A program made the translations under genes and the position numbers. Source: a virus (taxonomy: Duplodnaviria; Caudoviricetes). From it: a DNA stretch of 30,958 nucleotides. This document shows, in pieces, positions 24,871 through 30,958 of the stretch. Every line of letters begins with the position of its first letter. Position 1 is the first letter of the stretch. The notes below the pieces were generated by a model, which searched no databases, was not told the origin of the DNA, and saw only the letters and a program-made list of their open reading frames with translations. The DNA is taken from positions 1 to 30,958 of IMG/VR virus record IMGVR_UViG_3300033402_000730, one strand, 5' to 3'.

Positions 24871-25728
24871 ATGCCGGCCACAGACATCCTCAATCCGACG
24901 ACGATCTGGGAAGAAGACATCCAGGATTCGATGACGCCAAACTATGGCTTCACGCGCAAGCGAGCCAACACCAAGCTCAACAAAAAACCTGTTGGCGGGA
25001 CGCCCTGGACGCGCGAGACACAGAACACCGGGCACGCCTTCAGTTTGACGTGGCTGAGCCGCACCTGGGCGTGCGTGCAACGGCTCAAGTGGTACTTCGA
25101 ACAATATGAAGATGGCTTTTTTACCATTATCGATTGGGATGGCGGTGGCCGCCAATATGTGGGCCGATTCACTTCTGAAGTGGTGCCCGTCGAGACCGGT
25201 AATGGCATGTGGGATGTACAGAACGTCAGTTTCGAGGAGATTCCACAGCAGCAGATGCTGCAGTACCCGAGCGATTGGGCACATGATGCGATCGCCTTTT
25301 TTATCAACAATGATTTCAGCGAGCAGAAGCTGGCCTGTAGCGGTACATGGACACAAACGCCGCGCGTCAGCGTCGCCGGGGCCCAGGGTACCGAGCATGT
25401 GAGTCTGGCCACGGCAGGCACCGCATATCTGACGATGGACGATCCAGGCACGGCCGGCGACTGGGCCTGTTATGAATACCGCGGCTACGGCTTCCGCCTT
25501 TACATGCTGCAAGGGCCTGAATTTGGCAAGTGTGATGTGTCGATTGATGGCATCTTCTACGAGACCCTCAATCTCTACGCGGCCACTGATCTCGGGCCGC
25601 AGATTGTACTGTCGATGCAGAATCTGCCGCTTGATATTCACCGCGTGCAGGTGACCTGCGATGGAACGCAAGACCCTTCTGCAACGGGCGCTGCGGTGAG
25701 CTGGTATGCGCTGGAGGTTATGCGCTGA
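24871..25728 (+). CDS. Distal tail (Dit/gpM-like) protein with C-terminal beta-sandwich domain
   Basis: First gene after the tape measure; GPEFGKCDVSIDG...HRVQV carbohydrate-binding-like motif. Confidence 0.65.
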   Translation: MPATDILNPTTIWEEDIQDSMTPNYGFTRKRANTKLNKKPVGGTPWTRETQNTGHAFSLTWLSRTWACVQRLKWYFEQYEDGFFTIIDWDGGGRQYVGRFTSEVVPVETGNGMWDVQNVSFEEIPQQQMLQYPSDWAHDAIAFFINNDFSEQKLACSGTWTQTPRVSVAGAQGTEHVSLATAGTAYLTMDDPGTAGDWACYEYRGYGFRLYMLQGPEFGKCDVSIDGIFYETLNLYAATDLGPQIVLSMQNLPLDIHRVQVTCDGTQDPSATGAAVSWYALEVMR

Positions 25729-26945
25729 TGATTATCTACCCTCCTTCGCTAAAAGCGACAGGTGGAGCGCACACCGGAATTGCGCCAGTGAACCTGCTCG
25801 ACGTGCAGGATGTGAATGGCAATATCTACTATTGGAGCGACAGGCCGAGCAACGCGCCGGTTGCTATCACAGGCGATGGCGCCTACTCTGCGCCCCCACC
25901 GGCGCCAGTTGCAGTAGCTGAAAATCAATTCATTGCCTGGGCTTACCCTACTACAGCTACGATGGTAGGCCCTCATCTATTCACAACCGCGGTTATGTCA
26001 CAGATGACCAACAATGGCCATGTGAATTTCAATTTCGAAGCTCACGGTGGAATGACAGCCAGCGTAAGCTTTACTAATTGGGTATTCCGCTTGCCCAGCG
26101 ATGCCGTAATTTCAGGGTTATGGCCAACCGTGACGGGCTATCTTGGCCCTTTGATAGGCAACCAGGGCAGTTTTGAAAGCGGCATTTGGGGATCAGACGA
26201 CAAAAGCGACGTAAGCGGTACCTTTTCAGCCTCTGCCGGTGACTACGAAAATTCGCCATTATCTAATATTCGCGATTATATTTTCATGCCGATTCAGCTA
26301 ATCTCAGGCTCTTTTTCAAATGAAAGTCTTCAAGCTGGCGTGAGTTTTGTCGGCCTCTGCATCTACTACACAAGCATCAGCCAGAGCGGCGGCGGAGGAG
26401 GAGGTATTTCATCTTTCCTCTCATCCTACAGCTCTGGACCTTATATTCCCTGGCTGCTGGAAGTGCCAAAGTTTTCCTTCCATCGCTCACTCGTTACCGA
26501 CACAGGAGCCTTCACTCTTCAAAATCTGAGTGGCGATACGCTCAGCCGCGACTTTGAGAAGATTGCGCGGCGCTCCGCCCTGGAGGGAGCTTTTTTTGTC
26601 TACCGCTGCTGGCAGGCCGATGCACAGGCCGCATGGCTTGAAGTCCACGGCACGCTGACAGTGCCACAGGATGGCATTGGCATCGATACGGTAAAGTTGA
26701 AAGCCTCGCAGCTCATCAACGCATCACAGCTTGATACGCCGCTCGAAATCTATTGCGAGACGTGTCAGCTTCAGTGGGGAGGTCCGCGCTGCGGCTCGAC
26801 TCAGATGACAGAGTGCGAGTACAGTTTTCAGACCTGCCAGGTGCCTGAGCGCATCATGGTGGCGCTCAATAGCTACGAGAAAAACTACGGAGAGAGTCAG
26901 GCCAATACGGTGCTGAATGTTATCAACCGGCGGAGGACTATCTGA
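25728..26945 (+). CDS. Tail tip/hub protein (lambda gpL-like) with internal inserted domain
   Basis: C-terminal Cys cluster CETCQLQWGGPRCG...CEYSFQTC; synteny. Confidence 0.65.
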   Translation: MIIYPPSLKATGGAHTGIAPVNLLDVQDVNGNIYYWSDRPSNAPVAITGDGAYSAPPPAPVAVAENQFIAWAYPTTATMVGPHLFTTAVMSQMTNNGHVNFNFEAHGGMTASVSFTNWVFRLPSDAVISGLWPTVTGYLGPLIGNQGSFESGIWGSDDKSDVSGTFSASAGDYENSPLSNIRDYIFMPIQLISGSFSNESLQAGVSFVGLCIYYTSISQSGGGGGGISSFLSSYSSGPYIPWLLEVPKFSFHRSLVTDTGAFTLQNLSGDTLSRDFEKIARRSALEGAFFVYRCWQADAQAAWLEVHGTLTVPQDGIGIDTVKLKASQLINASQLDTPLEIYCETCQLQWGGPRCGSTQMTECEYSFQTCQVPERIMVALNSYEKNYGESQANTVLNVINRRRTI

Positions 26946-29900
26946 TGTCCAACGCCTCCACCACTCCGAGCAGCTCAGCACTTGAAACCACCGGTACGCC
27001 GATACCGATCACCTACGGCTTTGCATGGGTGACTGGAAAGCGCCATGCCTACTACACGCTGCAAAATACAGGCAGCTCGTGGATGGATTACTCGCGCGCC
27101 GGCATCTGGCTGCTGGGTCACGGCGAGTGGGATGGCCCGATCGAACTGTGGATCAATGACAACCTGGTACTTGTGGGCGGGGGAGCCAACGCGGCATCCT
27201 TTGGCGCGGCCTGTACTCAGCCTGGTTATGACATCGCAGAGAACTATGGCGACACATTCCATGGCCAGAATTGGGTCATGGGCATCGATAAAAACGGCAA
27301 CGGCCAATTTAATCCGCTGGTCTTCAACTTCCATCGCGGCTGCGATTCGACAATTGGCGCTGGCTTTACGCCACGCTCCAACGGCCCCGATCAGGAGACT
27401 GATATACTTTGGTCTCTCTTCCCTTCGGCGCTGCAGCCGCTTAACTTCTCGCGCATCGCGTATTACACGATCCTGCGGAAACAGGCCATCGAGTTCCAAG
27501 CCAATAACCACCGCGACGATCCCAGCCAGTGGACAGACATTGCGCCGATCGTTCTCTGCCGCTCGCTGCGCTGCCGCCTTTTTGACGATCAAGGCAATCA
27601 GACCGGCTACGCCTTCACGACTAACCCTATCTGGCATTTCATCGATCTGACGCTGCGCCGCAAGATATTGCCTGACTATGGTCTGGATCTCAATGCCGGG
27701 CCGGATCTCCTGAGCAGCGCCATCCAGAACCGCTTTGATTGGGGTCCTCTCTTCACCGCGGCACAGTACTGCGACGAAATTCTATCCAATAGCCGCAGAC
27801 GCTTTGAGGGAAATTACAGTTTCTCTCAGCAGACATCGCTGCAGGCGTGCCAGGAACAGATTCTGCTGAATTGCCGCGCCTTTATGACTGAGTACGCCGG
27901 CAAGATCGGCGTGAATATAGATATGCCGCGGCCAAGTGTCTTTACCTTCAGCCGCTCGCATATTCTGCCTGGCTCCTGGCAAGCGGACGATCTATCGCTG
28001 CATAAAGGCGGCAACCGCTATATCGCCACCTTCCGGGACCTTTTGGTACCGCAGTGCAGTGAAATCCAATCGATTACGGTTGGCTCTTCGCCTTCTCGTC
28101 CACTGGTTACCACCAAGGCGCCGCATCCATTTGAGGATGGTGATCGCATTGCAATTGGAGGCACGGGCACTCCTTATGATGGCGTTCAGCAGGTTTACAG
28201 TGTGCCGGCCGTGCAAAATGTGGGCACCTCGGAAGAGATCGACCCGACCACCTTTTACCTGGTTGAGCCGGGATCTCAGGTGCCATCAAGCGTTGGCGCG
28301 GTGGGCGGCATAGGGCTTCTGTATTCGCGCTTCAAAGAGCGCACGCCAGAATTTTGGCATAAGACAAATATGCTCGCGCGGGGAGCGGTGGGGCTTGGCA
28401 TCCCGCGCCAGCGGGAAAAAGTGAAGCAAACTCTTGATTTTGCGACGACAACCTGGGACCAAGCCAGTCGTCTCACCTGCTACGAGCGGGATCGGCTGTT
28501 AGGTATCGATCAGACACCCTACGTCACGCCGCCAAGCGTCAAGTTACGTACGTCGATGTTCGCCAAGGATGTGTATGGGAACATGGTCTGCGCGGTGCGC
28601 CCCGGCGATCATGTCACCATCGATTCTACGGCCAGCTTTACTTATCAAGGGGAGTTTGAGGTTTTGGAGCCGTTGACTGTTGCGCCGCCGACCGTCGAAT
28701 CCTCGGGCACAGATGGCTCGATCGCACGCAAACCCTCCGACAGCAGCGGAGAAATAGAGTTTGTTCTCGGCCCCTACAACGAAGCTGTCATGTATGACAC
28801 CAGTGACCCGACACAGGCCGGCTGGCCGTCGGTTCCGGGTAGCGATCCTGGTAACTCCGTAAACTTTACGCCGATTCCATTAGCCAATGGTGGCACTTTC
28901 GTCTTTTTCAGCGGAATGCTTTCTGGCGGCACTAATTTTCAGCTTCCTTCCACAGGATTTCCCGCAGCCAATCTCCTGGCGTGGGCCTCTCCTGCCAGCT
29001 CGAACGTGCCCGGCAACGACCATTCAGCTTCAGCAGTGCTGCTATGTGCGGCCACGCCTTCGATGGCTCTCATCTTGCAGTACTGCGATTGGGAGTACGG
29101 CGCTGGGAGTGGGTTGACATGGGGCGGCAGCGTAAATTACGCGTGCCTGGCATGGCTGAGTACGGATGTTCTTACTACTGCAAACGGCTTGAGTTGGCTG
29201 GAACTCACGTTACTGGGAGGCGAAACTATCATCTTCGGCAACGGTGTGCTTGCCGACGGATCGACTATTACTCTTCCTGCTGGCTATACGGCCGCGCAGT
29301 GCTTTGCCGTGGCCGAGCTGCACGATGGACCCACAGACGGCTCTAATGTGGCTCACATGATGGGCGCCTCCGTAGATGCAGAGTTGGGTGTGCACTATAA
29401 CATCACCGATGGCTCAGGGAATGAATGGCACGGAAATGCGTCGCTTCTTGTCTTCGCCTGGAAAAACAACATCGGGACCGTCGTCTCTCAGACAATCGGC
29501 GGCAACCCATGGATACAGATTCCCTTGAGTAACGGCACCATCTTTGGAGCCGGATGCGCCAAGAATATGGCCAATGGCGCGACGCTGACGCTTCCTACTT
29601 CGGCTGGCGATGGTTCGACGCTGGAGATCCTCATAGGATCGAGCAATGGCCTTCCAGAGGCGAATACAGCACACGCACAAGGCATCGGGAGCTGCTATCT
29701 CGATGCGGCCAACATTGTGCACGCGACTTTCCAGGACGGATCGAATGATGTGTGGCCGGGAACAGTGGATATTTTCGCGCTCTATTGCACACCCACATCT
29801 TCTGCCGCTACGCTGGTGGGTGTACTTCCTTCAAGTGTAAGTGTGGCAACTGGCGGAAGCCAGCAATTCAGTGCAACAGTGACCAATAATGCCAATCAAA

Positions 29901-30109
29901 ACGTAAGTTGGGCTGTCGATGGCATCGCCGGCGGAAATGTTACTGTCGGCACCGTGGACGCGACGGGCAACTATACCGCGCCAACTGCGGCAGGTTCGCA
30001 CACAATCACAGCCACCAGTGTGGCGGATGGAACCGCCTCCGGATCGGCCACTGTCGCCGTCTGGACCGGCGTCAACTCAGGCGGCGGCTGGACGGTCAAT
30101 GGGAGTTAA
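26945..30109 (+). CDS. Central tail tip / host-specificity protein with C-terminal repeats and Ig-like domain
   Basis: GTPIPITYG, TTNPIWH, AAQYCDE; C-terminal PSSVSVATGGSQQFSATVT...GNYTAP (Ig-like). Confidence 0.85.
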   Translation: MSNASTTPSSSALETTGTPIPITYGFAWVTGKRHAYYTLQNTGSSWMDYSRAGIWLLGHGEWDGPIELWINDNLVLVGGGANAASFGAACTQPGYDIAENYGDTFHGQNWVMGIDKNGNGQFNPLVFNFHRGCDSTIGAGFTPRSNGPDQETDILWSLFPSALQPLNFSRIAYYTILRKQAIEFQANNHRDDPSQWTDIAPIVLCRSLRCRLFDDQGNQTGYAFTTNPIWHFIDLTLRRKILPDYGLDLNAGPDLLSSAIQNRFDWGPLFTAAQYCDEILSNSRRRFEGNYSFSQQTSLQACQEQILLNCRAFMTEYAGKIGVNIDMPRPSVFTFSRSHILPGSWQADDLSLHKGGNRYIATFRDLLVPQCSEIQSITVGSSPSRPLVTTKAPHPFEDGDRIAIGGTGTPYDGVQQVYSVPAVQNVGTSEEIDPTTFYLVEPGSQVPSSVGAVGGIGLLYSRFKERTPEFWHKTNMLARGAVGLGIPRQREKVKQTLDFATTTWDQASRLTCYERDRLLGIDQTPYVTPPSVKLRTSMFAKDVYGNMVCAVRPGDHVTIDSTASFTYQGEFEVLEPLTVAPPTVESSGTDGSIARKPSDSSGEIEFVLGPYNEAVMYDTSDPTQAGWPSVPGSDPGNSVNFTPIPLANGGTFVFFSGMLSGGTNFQLPSTGFPAANLLAWASPASSNVPGNDHSASAVLLCAATPSMALILQYCDWEYGAGSGLTWGGSVNYACLAWLSTDVLTTANGLSWLELTLLGGETIIFGNGVLADGSTITLPAGYTAAQCFAVAELHDGPTDGSNVAHMMGASVDAELGVHYNITDGSGNEWHGNASLLVFAWKNNIGTVVSQTIGGNPWIQIPLSNGTIFGAGCAKNMANGATLTLPTSAGDGSTLEILIGSSNGLPEANTAHAQGIGSCYLDAANIVHATFQDGSNDVWPGTVDIFALYCTPTSSAATLVGVLPSSVSVATGGSQQFSATVTNNANQNVSWAVDGIAGGNVTVGTVDATGNYTAPTAAGSHTITATSVADGTASGSATVAVWTGVNSGGGWTVNGS

Positions 30110-30112
30110 GGC

Positions 30113-30958
30113 ATGGCGACACAAGTCATCAATCTGAATAATGAGACCCCGGCAGCTCCGGCCAATGCGGCCAACGTTGAATGGCAGGCTGACGCGCCAT
30201 CCCTTGATCCAACCGTCGTCCGCAACGTCTCCGCTTTTGTGCCCGCGGCCACACCCTCCGCTATCGGTCTGGTAAAACCCGATGGCGTTACGATTGTGGT
30301 GGATTCATCCGGTAAATTGACAGCCACGGCCAGCGGTGGCGGTGGGGACACGGGTGGCTTGTGGAGTGGCGTTATCAATAATCCGTCTGTGGCTTCCCTT
30401 GCACTTACCACACCAATGAATCAATCCTCGACTTTTTCTGTCATGGATGTCCCTACGGGAGTTTTAATAGGAGATTCGATCACATACAACGGATCTTTTC
30501 TCGAAGGGATGCTGAAGGCTTACCCTTCCGTCCCTTTCGATCTGCGTGTTCTTGTTTCGCTTCCAGGGGCTGGCCAAAATTACGAGGGCGTCGGCTTTGT
30601 GCTCGCTTCCTCCCCCTCCGGACCTCTCACTACTTACTATCTTATTTGGGGGAATGCGAATGTTTTCAACGCTATAGTTGACAACTGGAATTCTCCAACG
30701 TCACACAATTCATCTCCATTAGGTCGTACGAGCACATTTTCAGGTCTGGTTTGGGTGAGGCTGGTTGACGATGGCACGAATCTTAAGTTTTATGTTTCAC
30801 CTGATCCGATCATGTGGACTTTGGTTTATTCCGGATCAAAATCATCGCATTTTCTGAGCGGCTCAGGATTCAATTATTTAGGGTGGTTTTTCGAAGCTGG
30901 AGATAACGCTGGAGGCATTCCGATTCAATCGATTATGATGTCGTGGTCGGGGGCGTAA
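30113..30958 (+). CDS. Tail fibre / receptor-binding protein with lectin-like C-terminal domain
   Basis: ATPSAIGLVKPDGVTIVVDSSGKL fibre motif, Gly linker, then a beta-rich domain (VWVRL..DGTNLKFYVSPD..W). Confidence 0.7.
   Translation: MATQVINLNNETPAAPANAANVEWQADAPSLDPTVVRNVSAFVPAATPSAIGLVKPDGVTIVVDSSGKLTATASGGGGDTGGLWSGVINNPSVASLALTTPMNQSSTFSVMDVPTGVLIGDSITYNGSFLEGMLKAYPSVPFDLRVLVSLPGAGQNYEGVGFVLASSPSGPLTTYYLIWGNANVFNAIVDNWNSPTSHNSSPLGRTSTFSGLVWVRLVDDGTNLKFYVSPDPIMWTLVYSGSKSSHFLSGSGFNYLGWFFEAGDNAGGIPIQSIMMSWSGA

Larger units (their letters stand above)
1..30958. mobile_element. Mu-like transposable prophage (sipho-type tail); both ends lie outside the window
   Basis: Gene order DUF3486 small terminase, large terminase, DUF935 portal, MuF, Mu I/Z protease-scaffold, capsid, gp36, virion morphogenesis protein, tail tube, tape measure. 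Divergent repressor and Ner-like genes. No tail sheath gene. Confidence 0.93.

Noticed and set aside
21295-25671. Long minus-strand ORFs opposite the tail genes (and similar ones opposite the head genes)
   Set aside because: Typical antisense shadows of GC-rich coding sequence, with no recognisable motifs.
1-30958. CRISPR array, tRNA/rRNA genes, Mu terminal repeats, stop-codon recoding
   Set aside because: No regularly spaced repeats or RNA gene signatures seen, prophage ends are outside the window, and core genes are intact in the standard code.

Overview
The window is most of a transposable (Mu-like) prophage with a non-contractile (sipho-type) tail, in a GC-rich host. It has a B3/BcepMu-type layout: a leftward early operon (Ner/Cro-like HTH, Zn-finger protein, regulator, a PAP2/Aur1-type membrane phosphotransferase, and a short, probably truncated transposase N-terminus) diverges from an XRE repressor. 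Rightward lie lysis genes, accessory genes (cold-shock protein, PLD/Nuc nuclease), the Mu gp26-gp36-type packaging and head module, and the tail module up to a receptor-binding protein. Most notable: (i) the portal carries a ~200-aa foreign C-terminal extension followed by an antisense two-gene cassette, a candidate portal-delivered effector/immunity module; (ii) a lipid phosphotransferase is translationally coupled inside the early operon; (iii) a conserved motif lies upstream of both the lysis and head operons; (iv) several late intergenic regions are highly structured, alongside a phage-encoded RNA chaperone; (v) a 588-bp tandem duplication covers the capsid 3' end; (vi) a linker-flanked foreign domain is inserted in the gpL-like tail protein. 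All family assignments come from motif recognition and synteny; no database search was run.
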